A stretch of 64,000 nucleotides of DNA from Planctomycetota bacterium. Its GTDB lineage: Bacteria > Planctomycetota > Phycisphaerae > WQYP01. A program made the position numbers and the translations under genes. The stretch lies in the NCBI GenBank assembly GCA_021790385.1, contig JAJYDW010000007.1, positions 10,483 to 74,482 of the forward strand. Reading direction: 5' to 3'. The first letter of the stretch is position 1, and each line of letters begins with the position of its first letter. Positions 48,104-57,829 of the stretch are shown piece after piece. Below the pieces are notes generated by a model. It ran no database searches, had not been told where the DNA came from, and saw only the letters and a list, made by a program, of their open reading frames with translations.

Positions 48104-51100
48104 TTGTCCAGCGACAACCGCCCCAATCGCCGCAGTTTTATCAAAACCATGGGCTTGGCCGCCGCCGCGCTGACAGTGGATGCCGCAAGTGGGCGCGGGG
48201 CCAAATTGAACTTTGACCATTTGCCGAAGTTTGCCTCCGGCACGCCGGAATACCCCACACCCTTTCTGGCCATCGCCAGAACCCCGAATCTGATTGCCGC
48301 GCCCCAGGGCGGCGGCATGAATATTGAAAGTGATGTCGGATTTTTATCCGGCTTTTCCGGATTTGTGGACAAGACCACCGGACGCTTCGGCTATCCCGGC
48401 TACAACAATTACACCAACGCCAATTTCTCCTTTGATAACGACAAGCTCGTCATCGTAGCCCATGTGCCTTATCCCGTGATCGGCGATCTGCACCAAGACG
48501 ACACCTTTGAAGTGCTTATTCAACCCCGCGGGCCGCACTCCACCGGATTTGTTTATCGCGTCACCGGCAACGCCTTCGGCCGGTGGCATGCAGATCTTGA
48601 CGAACCGATCATCGGCCAATTTCATCAACCCTGGCATTCCCTCATCCACTATGGTGCCATGCTCTGGAATCCGTCCGGCCTGTGGATGGCCAGCGTGGCT
48701 ATCCCCTGGAAATCGTTGGGAGGCCGGCCCGCCAATGGGGCCGTATGGGGTGTGCAGTTTGCACTGCGTTATCGCCAGCCCACCATCGTCGCTTATCTAA
48801 GCCCCACCGATAAATTCACCGACACCAGGCGTTTCGCCCGCATTCGCTTCGATTTCAACCGCCGCATCAATTACCGTCCCCATTGGCTCAGTGAAGAAAT
48901 GGACACCGGCCACTTTATGGTGCAGTATCTGCTGGCCAACGGCGGCACCAAGCCGGCCACCGTGGAAATGAAAGTGGCCCTCTACAAAGCCGGCCACGAA
49001 TTTGCCCATGCCCAGCTCGAAAAAACCGCACCGCCAGGCTCCACCTATTGGGCAGATAACACCGGCACCAACATGATTTCTCTAAATTCTGAACCTGCCA
49101 CACCTGCCCAGCGCAACACCGTGGCCCATCTGACTGCCTATGACCGCACTAAAAATGCTCTTATCTATGATCAATGGGTGCCTTATTGGCAATTCAAACC
49201 CGGCGAAAATGACTGGATTAAACAGCGCCTGGCGCGACAATTCAGCTTTAACATCGGGCCATATCCATCCATGGGTCTGATCGACTATGCCGTGGATGCA
49301 CGCTCCCTCAAGGAAGTGACACCCACCGCGACCGAGTTTACCTGCGCGGTTCTCGCCGACGGAAAACCCGTCTTGCACCAACGCCGACCGCTGCCTGCCG
49401 ACGGACAAATTACCGGCAGCGTCAATCTGGGTGCCTTTACGGATCGCGTTACCTACGATCTGCAGGCCGACATTCGCGACTCCGAAGGCACCGTGCTCAA
49501 CCAGCGCAGCCGGTCGTTTACCCGTCGTGTGATGCCTTTTGAAAAGGCGCCTCCGGCCGGCGTCGGTGATCATGTATTCCCGCCGTTCACCCCGCCGCGA
49601 ATTCACGGCACCGCTGTTTCCTGCCTGCTTCGCACCTACGTGCATGGCACCAACGGCCTGCTGGAGCAGATCTTCGCCGCCGAACGCAACTTACTCATTC
49701 GCCCCGCCGCTTTTACCGTCGTGCTCGATAACTGGCAGTCTCTGGTATTAACCGCAGGCAGTCCCCACTTGCTACCCCATGGTCTAGGCTCCGTCGATTA
49801 CACCCAGACCTTTCAGGGCGGCGGTGTGGAACTGCTTTTGCACGGAAATTTAGATTACGACGGCTTTTACCATTTTACCGCCACGCTTAGTCCGCAAAGC
49901 CGGCCGGTCACCATTCGTGAATTGCGTTTGCAAATTCCCCTAAGCCCAGCGCATGCTACACTTATTGATGCGGCCGTCACGTGGATGTACCCTGGCTGGG
50001 AAAAGGCACTGGGTTTTTTAAGCCACGGGCACGGCCGAATCTGGGATTCCCACACCCTGCCCATGCAAATGAACAATCGCGTCAGCAATATGCCTCCTTA
50101 TATCTGGGTTGGCGATGACGATCGCGGACTATGCTATTCCTGCCCCTCCGATGAAGGCACACATAACACTCCCGATTTACCTGCTGCGGCATTGGACCGT
50201 GCTGACAACGCTGTCACCTTAAGCATTTGGATGGTCAATCGCACATTGCATCTTGAAAAGCCCCGCCGCTTTCAGTTTGCCCTCCAGGCCAGCCCCTTTA
50301 AGCCGGTAGCCGCCAATGGACGGTTGTGGCGCGATCAGACTACCGCCGCTGCCACTTATAAAAATGGCCTGACCTTCACCGACTTTTGGGATCCGGCATC
50401 CTATCCTACCTATGGCCGCTGGCTGACCCTGGATTATCTCAAAAAACAGGTCGCCGTCGACGGCTGCGACCGCACCGGCCTCGAAGCCTCCGCTCTTTCC
50501 GAATGCGCCGGAACTCCCGAATATCGCCAGTTCTATTACGAATGGGGCAGTGCGATGGACGAATATCAGCAAGTCGTTCCACCCGTCCCCGCCGGGATTC
50601 TCCCACGCTTCAAAGCCAGTGGGGTACGGGCAAATCCATTCGTGATGATCGAAGCTTTTTCCAACACCACCAAAACCAACCGCGATTATCGCGCATGGTG
50701 GCTCTCCGAGGCAGCCAAACACGCTGGCGTCTCATTTGTGTACCAGGACAATCCTACCTGGGTTTTCGCCGACCGCCCTCAGCCGGAATATGGGTATAAA
50801 CGCCCGGATAGCGGCATTGAACCCACCAGCATGATTTGGAAGTCCCGTGATGTTCTCAAACGGTTCTTTCAGGCCGTGGCCGAAGCCGGCCAACCTTCCC
50901 AGCCAGGAATCTGGCCCAACATGATTACCCCGGCAGCGCCTGGCCGATCTTTCTGTGGTAAAGCCCTGGATGGGGAATATACTGATTCTAATAACCTGCG
51001 TATGGGAATGATGCGCGTGCATCTATCCAAACAGTGGGGGTTTGTAGTCGACTGGCTTTGCCAGCCGCCGGCCAGTGCCGGAGCTCAAATTGGCACCACT

Positions 51101-52111
51101 CGCGATTACTGGCGAGCCTTGTTCAGCCAGCTTTGTCTTCTGGATGTTACCAATTTTTCTCGACCGGACACCGCCGAAATCTATAGGCTCTGGTGGAATG
51201 CCCTGGATGTATTCTGGCTCGACGACCCGAGTGTGCACTGGCATCCGTATTACCGCAATCCCACTTTGGCCCAGGCTGAACCTGCCGACACCATCCTGGT
51301 TTCCACCTACACTGCTACCGGACGTTTATTGGCAATCGTTTCCAACTGCGGCCATCAGGACGCCATTGCCACGGTTCGGTTTAAGGATCTGGCTGCATGG
51401 GAGGCCGCTGGTCTGACCCATTTTTATGATGCCGAAACTGCGGAAGAAATCTCGGTTAAAAACGGTCAGTTGCGACTGTTTGTGGCCCGGAAAAATTACC
51501 GCCTGATCATTGGTTTCCGGGGACCGTGGAAGTTTGCCGCTAAAAACCGCCTCCCCCATCCCAACCAAATCCTCACCAACTCGTCCCTGGACCCGCAGGC
51601 CACCATTGGGGAAATTTGTCGCCATCTTCTGACCGCACGCACCCTGCCACCCATGCAGCATGCAGACCAGTTACTGCTGCAATGGGCACAGGAGATTCTC
51701 AAGGAACTTCCCGCAAGTTCTCCGGATATTGCTTATTTTGACGCCAAGGCCATGGCCGACATCCACCTCGGTAACCTGGAAGTTCGTTGTTCCGTGTTCG
51801 TTAACCGTCGCAGTGGTTTCATGCTGGTCGGCTTTTATAACGGCACTGACCAGCACCGGGTGCTTAGTCCCCGGATTTATGACCAGATTGCCGCCAAAGT
51901 CGGCAAACCGGGTTACAATTTTATTTATGATGCCATCGGCGGTCAGTCGGAATGGTCGGAAATTGATCTTCCCGCGCATAGTGGGCGCTGGGAGGTGGCC
52001 TATCAGGATGATCCCGATTACTACGGTGCCCGCCGCGGCGTTTTCAAAATCGGCACGTTGATGTCCAACATCCTGACGGCAGTTGAGGAAAATAAAAAGA
52101 CTCTGCAGTAA
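48104..52111 (+). CDS. Giant (1335 aa) Tat-signal exported protein with an N-terminal CBM9-like (DOMON-like) carbohydrate-binding module and a large domain of unknown function; putative novel CAZyme, paralog of the next gene
   Basis: Twin-arginine signal NRRSFIKTMGLAAAALTVDAAS. CBM9-like segment DNDKLVIVAHVPYPVIGDLHQDDTFEVLIQP...WGVQFALRY. Shares the VSFVYQDNPTWVF / MNGYWWDNGTFWT block with the 52167 gene. The ORF-track start is TTG; an in-frame ATG a few codons upstream is possible. Confidence 0.65.
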   Translation: MSSDNRPNRRSFIKTMGLAAAALTVDAASGRGAKLNFDHLPKFASGTPEYPTPFLAIARTPNLIAAPQGGGMNIESDVGFLSGFSGFVDKTTGRFGYPGYNNYTNANFSFDNDKLVIVAHVPYPVIGDLHQDDTFEVLIQPRGPHSTGFVYRVTGNAFGRWHADLDEPIIGQFHQPWHSLIHYGAMLWNPSGLWMASVAIPWKSLGGRPANGAVWGVQFALRYRQPTIVAYLSPTDKFTDTRRFARIRFDFNRRINYRPHWLSEEMDTGHFMVQYLLANGGTKPATVEMKVALYKAGHEFAHAQLEKTAPPGSTYWADNTGTNMISLNSEPATPAQRNTVAHLTAYDRTKNALIYDQWVPYWQFKPGENDWIKQRLARQFSFNIGPYPSMGLIDYAVDARSLKEVTPTATEFTCAVLADGKPVLHQRRPLPADGQITGSVNLGAFTDRVTYDLQADIRDSEGTVLNQRSRSFTRRVMPFEKAPPAGVGDHVFPPFTPPRIHGTAVSCLLRTYVHGTNGLLEQIFAAERNLLIRPAAFTVVLDNWQSLVLTAGSPHLLPHGLGSVDYTQTFQGGGVELLLHGNLDYDGFYHFTATLSPQSRPVTIRELRLQIPLSPAHATLIDAAVTWMYPGWEKALGFLSHGHGRIWDSHTLPMQMNNRVSNMPPYIWVGDDDRGLCYSCPSDEGTHNTPDLPAAALDRADNAVTLSIWMVNRTLHLEKPRRFQFALQASPFKPVAANGRLWRDQTTAAATYKNGLTFTDFWDPASYPTYGRWLTLDYLKKQVAVDGCDRTGLEASALSECAGTPEYRQFYYEWGSAMDEYQQVVPPVPAGILPRFKASGVRANPFVMIEAFSNTTKTNRDYRAWWLSEAAKHAGVSFVYQDNPTWVFADRPQPEYGYKRPDSGIEPTSMIWKSRDVLKRFFQAVAEAGQPSQPGIWPNMITPAAPGRSFCGKALDGEYTDSNNLRMGMMRVHLSKQWGFVVDWLCQPPASAGAQIGTTRDYWRALFSQLCLLDVTNFSRPDTAEIYRLWWNALDVFWLDDPSVHWHPYYRNPTLAQAEPADTILVSTYTATGRLLAIVSNCGHQDAIATVRFKDLAAWEAAGLTHFYDAETAEEISVKNGQLRLFVARKNYRLIIGFRGPWKFAAKNRLPHPNQILTNSSLDPQATIGEICRHLLTARTLPPMQHADQLLLQWAQEILKELPASSPDIAYFDAKAMADIHLGNLEVRCSVFVNRRSGFMLVGFYNGTDQHRVLSPRIYDQIAAKVGKPGYNFIYDAIGGQSEWSEIDLPAHSGRWEVAYQDDPDYYGARRGVFKIGTLMSNILTAVEENKKTLQ

Positions 52112-52166
52112 CTTTTACCGGATATGGTTTATTGCTTCCTTCACTTTTTTACAACAAGGATTCGTT

Positions 52167-55100
52167 ATGAAACACTCTAGCGTTAGCATCCCAATCCTCA
52201 TCCCGGAAAACCCGTACACGCCGCGATCCGTTTTACTGCTGTGCTTAGCCTTATTGAGCGCACTGGTTTTGGTGGTAAACCCATGCACTACCGCCGCGGC
52301 CCCGGCCAACCCCATCCCCAAACTGCCTCTGCTGCGCATACCGGAACTGACCACCCCCCCCGTGATTACCGGTCGCATCAGCCCCGATCATGTAACCGGA
52401 CAATGGGTGCATGCTGCTCGCCTGACCGGCCTTCAAAATTTCGGCATGGGTACGCTGCCCCCATCCAAACTCCAACCCACCTGGTGGCTGGCGTACGATA
52501 AAACTCATCTGTATCTGGCTTCTTACTTTCCCGCGTATCCAAAAGGTACCATCGTTGCTCAGGTCAAACACGGCGATGAGGGTGGTCTAAACCCGCATGC
52601 CGGTGATATTCTCGGCGATGACCACGTTGAAATACAAATTTGTGATCTGCCCAAACGATCCGAAGCCGTCACCAAGTATTTTTACAAGATCATGACCAAT
52701 CCTTATGCCGCGGTGGTGGATCAACGTATTGAGTGGTCGGTTGGCTGGATGGGTTATGAATGGCAATCAGGTGCTATCGTCAAGTGCCATACCACCAGAA
52801 ATGGCTGGTCCATGGAAATGGCCGTTCCCCTGAAAAGCATGAATCATCTGGTGGCTCCACCCAACAACACTCAATGGTTTATACAATTGGCCGATGCTAA
52901 CGGTGAATCTCCATATTACGCCTGGCAGCCGGTGCTGTTTACCGATTGGGATCACATGGGATCCATCGTGTTTGATTCCCACGCACCTGTGTTTCAACTG
53001 CTGAGCCTGGGCCATGTCCAGCATGGGCAGATGGATGTACAAGCCGCCATCAACGTGCCCCACGGACAACCACCCGTACAAATGCGGGTACGCGTGCTGG
53101 GTGCCGGCGGAAAGATATTATTCGTCCGCACCCGATCCGTGCCGGCCAACGGAAAGCCCACCGCACTGCGTTTTCACAAAAACGGACTGCCTGTAGGTGG
53201 CCACGGCCAGACCATGGATATTCTGGCCTGGCAAGGCCACAAAATCATCTATCGCGACTCCATGCCGTTTGACACTATCACCGCCGCCGATCTCAAAAAC
53301 ATGTACACCGCTATTGCCGCCAATCGGCACAACCTCGGCCAGCCCAATCTTTCCTCCTGTTATTATCAGTCTTATCATACGCTCACGGCGCGCTGTGATG
53401 TGAATATTCTCGAAATCAATCCTACGATCCGCACGGCTAAAATTCTTCGTGCCAGTATTGTACGTGTTGGCCATAAAAAGCCACTGGTCAGTGCTGATGG
53501 CGTTATCCAGCCGGATGGCCTGGGACGAATTCAAGTTTCCACGGGCAAATTGCCGCTCGGCAAATATCAGGTTATCACGCAGATCATAGGAAACCGCGGT
53601 CAGGTACTCGCGTCACGCATCGATCCCTTCGCAGTCAAACACTTCCCATGGGAGCACAACAAGCTCGGTGAAGAGCACATCGTTGCGGCTCCGTTCACAC
53701 CGGTGAAAGTGCTGGGATCTACGCTGCATGTCTGGGATCGGGCTTATCATTTCGCAGCAACAGCATTACCGAGTTCCATTATCAGCCTGGGCCGGAACAT
53801 GCTTGCCGCTCCCATCACTCTCACCGGAACTATTGATGGCAAAAAAATTCCGCTGGTAAGTATCGGCCGACCTGCCTGGACGCACGTTTCCGGCTACAGT
53901 GCCACCGTAACCGGTCATGGCCAGATAGGCCCTCACGTGCATGTTACCATTAAGGCCAAAACCGAATATGACGGTACCACGTTTTACACTCTAACCCTTA
54001 CGCCTCATGGCTTGGCCAAGATAAACGAATTATCCATGGTCATTCCCCTGCATAAACTCATGAACTGGGAGGCCATGCGCAGCAGTGGACGCGATATGCC
54101 CTATGGTACCATTGGTGAGGGCACGCCGGATGGCGTATTCTGGAAATCCTCCGAACTGCCTGCCGCAGCATTTATTCACGACACCTTCCTGCCCTACTGC
54201 GTGATTTCCGACGGTCAGCGAGCTTTGTCCTGGGCGGCAGATTCAGATCAAGGCTGGATGGTGAGTAACCACCGGGCATCTTTTCTGCTGGAGAAGCACG
54301 CCAACCGTCAAATCTGGATGCACGTGCGGTTTGTCGATACGCCATCGGTCCTCAAAACTGCCCATACCATTCACTTCATGCTCACCGCCATGCCCATGAA
54401 ACCCAAGCCCGCAGATTGGCGCTATCGCATGTGGGGCATGCCTAACGCCGCCTTTGGCTACATGTCTGGTTGGCAAGGCAGCAACATGTGGGCTTATGGT
54501 TGCGGCCCCACTATCAGCTTTAGAAATCAGAATCAATTCGAAATCCTACGCCATTTACTTTCCGCCGATCGCCAAAGGGTGCGGCTGGCCGCCGAAAGCG
54601 TGCCCGGGCCCAAGTATCCGCCCATGAGCATGTGGTACGTTTCCGCCAACACCTGGGGCTACGCCATGCCTGAATACCCCACTTACAGCGGAGAATGGAC
54701 CGGCATGACCCATCCTCCCATTAATCCACAGCGCAGCTACATCAATTTCAAAAGTCCCTTCGGTGTCTGGAGCACCGCTCGCGAACAAACCCGCGGCGGC
54801 ATGGACCTTATTCAATCCGCCATCGACTGCCGCGTCTACGACTTTGACCAAGAGCAGAAAAAGGCCGGCATGAACGGCTACTGGTGGGATAACGGCACTT
54901 TCTGGACTTCCGGCAACCTTATCAAGGGCACCGCTTACATCCGCAACGGCCATATCCAGGGCATTTATAACATCACCCTGATGCGCCAGATGCTCAAGCG
55001 CATGGCAGTGGTTTCACAACTCAACCACATCACCCCCTTCCAAAGCATGTATGCCCATGGAGAAATTGGTCCTCTGGCTGGTTTTGTTAACTGGCTCTGG

Positions 55101-55727
55101 GCCATTGAAGGGCCTTGGTACCTCAACAGCGACAAGGTGGACCTGGTGCAAAATATCCAAGGAGGTCTCAACGGTATCCGCACAATCCTACAGACGTATC
55201 AGGGCTTGCCCATTTCCATGGATAACAACACGCAGGATCAGTCCAGCAATGACAACGCCAATCCGTGGCAAACACGCTCCTGCCTTGGTGTGGCTCTGCT
55301 TTTTGATGTAGGTGACGGCTGGAATGGTGGCATCAACGGATTCTGTCAGCACAAGCTGGTTCAAGCCCTGAACCGCTTTGACTATTTCAACCATCGTGTA
55401 AAGTGGGTTCCTTACTGGCGAACGGCCAAACTGGTGAATGTTCACGGCGGCCACATTGTCACCACTCTCTACATCCGCAAACTGCGCGGACAGACTCCCG
55501 GCATCATGCTGGTGCTTTTTAATGATGGCCACCATACGGCCACCGTCAGTGTGCAGGCCAATACCAATAAACTGCTCGGTCTGGCCCGCAAATATACCAC
55601 CCTGCATGACCTGGAGAATTGGAGTGCCAACCCTGTTCCCATGCTCGCTGGGCGCTGGGGGGGCATTACCATACCCCGCCACGATTTTCGCCTGATGCTG
55701 CTGGGACCACGGGCTGATGGTAACTAA
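52167..55727 (+). CDS. Giant (about 1185 aa) signal-peptide exported protein with a CBM9-like N-terminal module; paralog of the preceding gene
   Basis: Signal/TM MKHSSVSIPILIPENPYTPRSVLLLCLALLSALVLVV. CBM9-like TWWLAYDKTHLYLASYFPA...GDDHVEIQICD...WFIQLADANG. Start at the internal ATG (the ORF track begins at 52083). Confidence 0.65.
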   Translation: MKHSSVSIPILIPENPYTPRSVLLLCLALLSALVLVVNPCTTAAAPANPIPKLPLLRIPELTTPPVITGRISPDHVTGQWVHAARLTGLQNFGMGTLPPSKLQPTWWLAYDKTHLYLASYFPAYPKGTIVAQVKHGDEGGLNPHAGDILGDDHVEIQICDLPKRSEAVTKYFYKIMTNPYAAVVDQRIEWSVGWMGYEWQSGAIVKCHTTRNGWSMEMAVPLKSMNHLVAPPNNTQWFIQLADANGESPYYAWQPVLFTDWDHMGSIVFDSHAPVFQLLSLGHVQHGQMDVQAAINVPHGQPPVQMRVRVLGAGGKILFVRTRSVPANGKPTALRFHKNGLPVGGHGQTMDILAWQGHKIIYRDSMPFDTITAADLKNMYTAIAANRHNLGQPNLSSCYYQSYHTLTARCDVNILEINPTIRTAKILRASIVRVGHKKPLVSADGVIQPDGLGRIQVSTGKLPLGKYQVITQIIGNRGQVLASRIDPFAVKHFPWEHNKLGEEHIVAAPFTPVKVLGSTLHVWDRAYHFAATALPSSIISLGRNMLAAPITLTGTIDGKKIPLVSIGRPAWTHVSGYSATVTGHGQIGPHVHVTIKAKTEYDGTTFYTLTLTPHGLAKINELSMVIPLHKLMNWEAMRSSGRDMPYGTIGEGTPDGVFWKSSELPAAAFIHDTFLPYCVISDGQRALSWAADSDQGWMVSNHRASFLLEKHANRQIWMHVRFVDTPSVLKTAHTIHFMLTAMPMKPKPADWRYRMWGMPNAAFGYMSGWQGSNMWAYGCGPTISFRNQNQFEILRHLLSADRQRVRLAAESVPGPKYPPMSMWYVSANTWGYAMPEYPTYSGEWTGMTHPPINPQRSYINFKSPFGVWSTAREQTRGGMDLIQSAIDCRVYDFDQEQKKAGMNGYWWDNGTFWTSGNLIKGTAYIRNGHIQGIYNITLMRQMLKRMAVVSQLNHITPFQSMYAHGEIGPLAGFVNWLWAIEGPWYLNSDKVDLVQNIQGGLNGIRTILQTYQGLPISMDNNTQDQSSNDNANPWQTRSCLGVALLFDVGDGWNGGINGFCQHKLVQALNRFDYFNHRVKWVPYWRTAKLVNVHGGHIVTTLYIRKLRGQTPGIMLVLFNDGHHTATVSVQANTNKLLGLARKYTTLHDLENWSANPVPMLAGRWGGITIPRHDFRLMLLGPRADGN

Positions 55728-55773
55728 ACCCGTTTGCCTTGCAAGTTGAGCAACTTCTCGGAGAATATGCCAC

Positions 55774-57816
55774 ATGGCTTCCAAACTTGATCATAATACC
55801 ACTCTGCGCGTGGAGTTAAATCCCCGGATCGGCACAGTGGATCTGTACAACACCGCCACCGGCGACGGATGGTACGGCCTGCAATTCTTTCTGCGTTGCG
55901 GCGCGAGGGAATATCGCCCCCGGTTACTCAAGTCTGCCAGACACCAAAAAGGTAAGACCACCTGGCAGGTGGAGTTGGCTCCCGGCCTGCGCGTTTATTT
56001 TGCAGCCATGACTTCCCCTGCCGGCAGTGGAATATGGCTTTGTCCGCGTTTGGTCAACCGTTCTGACCGCACCTTTCAGTTTACTTCGTACGGTATGGCC
56101 ACGGCCTCTGGCGCTATAGGACCACAACTTCACCACACCAGTTTGCCCGTATTTGCCCACAGCGAAAATCTGCGTTATGAAGACCTGCCCGTGTCCAGGC
56201 AAACCTTCCCCTTCATCCGTCCTTTGCCGGAGCAAGGCCGATGGTTTGGCCGCCAGGGAATCGGACCAATTCCCGCGATGGTTTTAGGCAGACGCGATCA
56301 CAATCGCTGGCTTGTGGAAGGTTCAGCTTCCCAGGACCGAGCCACCGCATCCTGGCATTTGTCCTTGCCCACCCAGTCCGACCGCATGGTGGATTATTGC
56401 AGTGAATACATGTGGAATGGCCAATCGCAGGAGGCTCTGGCCGCCGGTCAGACTATGGATCTCGAATCCTGCCTGTATCAGATTATCAACGGCGAGCCAG
56501 ACCAATTGTATGAATCATACACCACGGAGTTATCGGCAATCCATGGCCGGCGCTTCGCCGGTACCACCAGCCGCCTGGCCCATGAGCCGGTTTACTGCAC
56601 CTGGAACTATGGGATTTACACCAACATCACCGAAGATGTCTGCATCAAGAGAATTAAAATCGCCGGCCAGTTGCAAAACGGTGGCATTTTTCAACTGGAC
56701 CATGGCTATCAGCCACCGCACGCACCCCACGCATCCTGGGGCTATCTGGATGCCTATTATCCTGACGCTACCCACACCTGGGATACGGCACGCTTTCCCG
56801 GCGGACCACGCCGGATTGTAAAGGAATCGCAACGTCATGGCCTTACGCCCGCCATCTGGTGGACCCCGCGATTGGATATCGGCGGGCCTATCGCCACCGA
56901 CCACCCGGATTGGATCGCCATCAATCGCCACGGCCGACCGATTGAACACGTTGGTGATTTACATCCGGATTATTCCGTCCCCGCCGTCCGCGACTTTATC
57001 CAGCGCACCATTCGCACCATCATCCACGATTGGGGCTTTGCGGGCATCAAGCTCGATTTTTTTTCTTGGGCCTTTGATGCTCCCGACCTGGCCTATCGCT
57101 ACGGTGGAACGAGCGTGCAATGGCGTCGCTGGCTGCTGGGCCTGATTCGCCGGGAATTGGGACCGCGTGGCTACTTCCTCTATTGTATCTCCTGCCCGCT
57201 TGGCAATCCTTTTCTGGCTCTGGACGGTTGTGATTCCTTCCGTGCCGGAACGGACATCGACCGCGGTCACTGGGCTACGCATGTCGCCAATTGCAGTTGG
57301 TTCCTGGCGTCGTTTCCGGCCTGTGGCCGGCGTACCTGGTTTACCGACATGGACAGCTTCATGGGTTCGCCGGAATTTCCTGCAAACGAGCGCCGCTTCC
57401 GCTGCGCCATGGGCTACCTGACCTCCGGCATGATGGATTTTTCAGGTCCTATTGAACAACTGGACCAGGCCGCATTACGGGATTACCGGCGACTCTGCCA
57501 ACGCTGTGATCAGGGCGGCAAGGTTTTGGTGCCGGATCGGGAAGCCTTTTATGGCCGGCCGTTGCCTGCCATCCTCATGCGTCCTCATGCCGCCGATAGC
57601 CGCACTCGCCGTCGCTTCGGCGTGCAGGCCACAATTGGCCTGTTTAACTGGGACACCCACCCGCGGGCCATGAGTGTGGCGCTGGATACCTGGTGCCGCA
57701 AAGGCTTTAGACTTCGCGTGCAGGACTTCTGGACCAGTCGCCCGGTGAGGGTTGATAACGGTCTGCTGACCGCCAACTTACTGCCCCGCCACCATTTGCT
57801 TGTGGATATTATGTAA
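55774..57816 (+). CDS. GH36-like (clan GH-D, melibiase-type) glycoside hydrolase, putative alpha-galactosidase or related
   Basis: TIM-barrel region CTWNYGIY...GIFQLDHGYQ...HGLTPAIWWTP...HPDWIAINRHG...DLHPDYSVPAVRDFI...WGFAGIKLDFF parallels the GH36 motifs (LDDGW, GLWFEP, HPDW, KWDMN). No signal peptide is evident. Confidence 0.55.
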   Translation: MASKLDHNTTLRVELNPRIGTVDLYNTATGDGWYGLQFFLRCGAREYRPRLLKSARHQKGKTTWQVELAPGLRVYFAAMTSPAGSGIWLCPRLVNRSDRTFQFTSYGMATASGAIGPQLHHTSLPVFAHSENLRYEDLPVSRQTFPFIRPLPEQGRWFGRQGIGPIPAMVLGRRDHNRWLVEGSASQDRATASWHLSLPTQSDRMVDYCSEYMWNGQSQEALAAGQTMDLESCLYQIINGEPDQLYESYTTELSAIHGRRFAGTTSRLAHEPVYCTWNYGIYTNITEDVCIKRIKIAGQLQNGGIFQLDHGYQPPHAPHASWGYLDAYYPDATHTWDTARFPGGPRRIVKESQRHGLTPAIWWTPRLDIGGPIATDHPDWIAINRHGRPIEHVGDLHPDYSVPAVRDFIQRTIRTIIHDWGFAGIKLDFFSWAFDAPDLAYRYGGTSVQWRRWLLGLIRRELGPRGYFLYCISCPLGNPFLALDGCDSFRAGTDIDRGHWATHVANCSWFLASFPACGRRTWFTDMDSFMGSPEFPANERRFRCAMGYLTSGMMDFSGPIEQLDQAALRDYRRLCQRCDQGGKVLVPDREAFYGRPLPAILMRPHAADSRTRRRFGVQATIGLFNWDTHPRAMSVALDTWCRKGFRLRVQDFWTSRPVRVDNGLLTANLLPRHHLLVDIM

Positions 57817-57829
57817 ATAAAGGGAACCG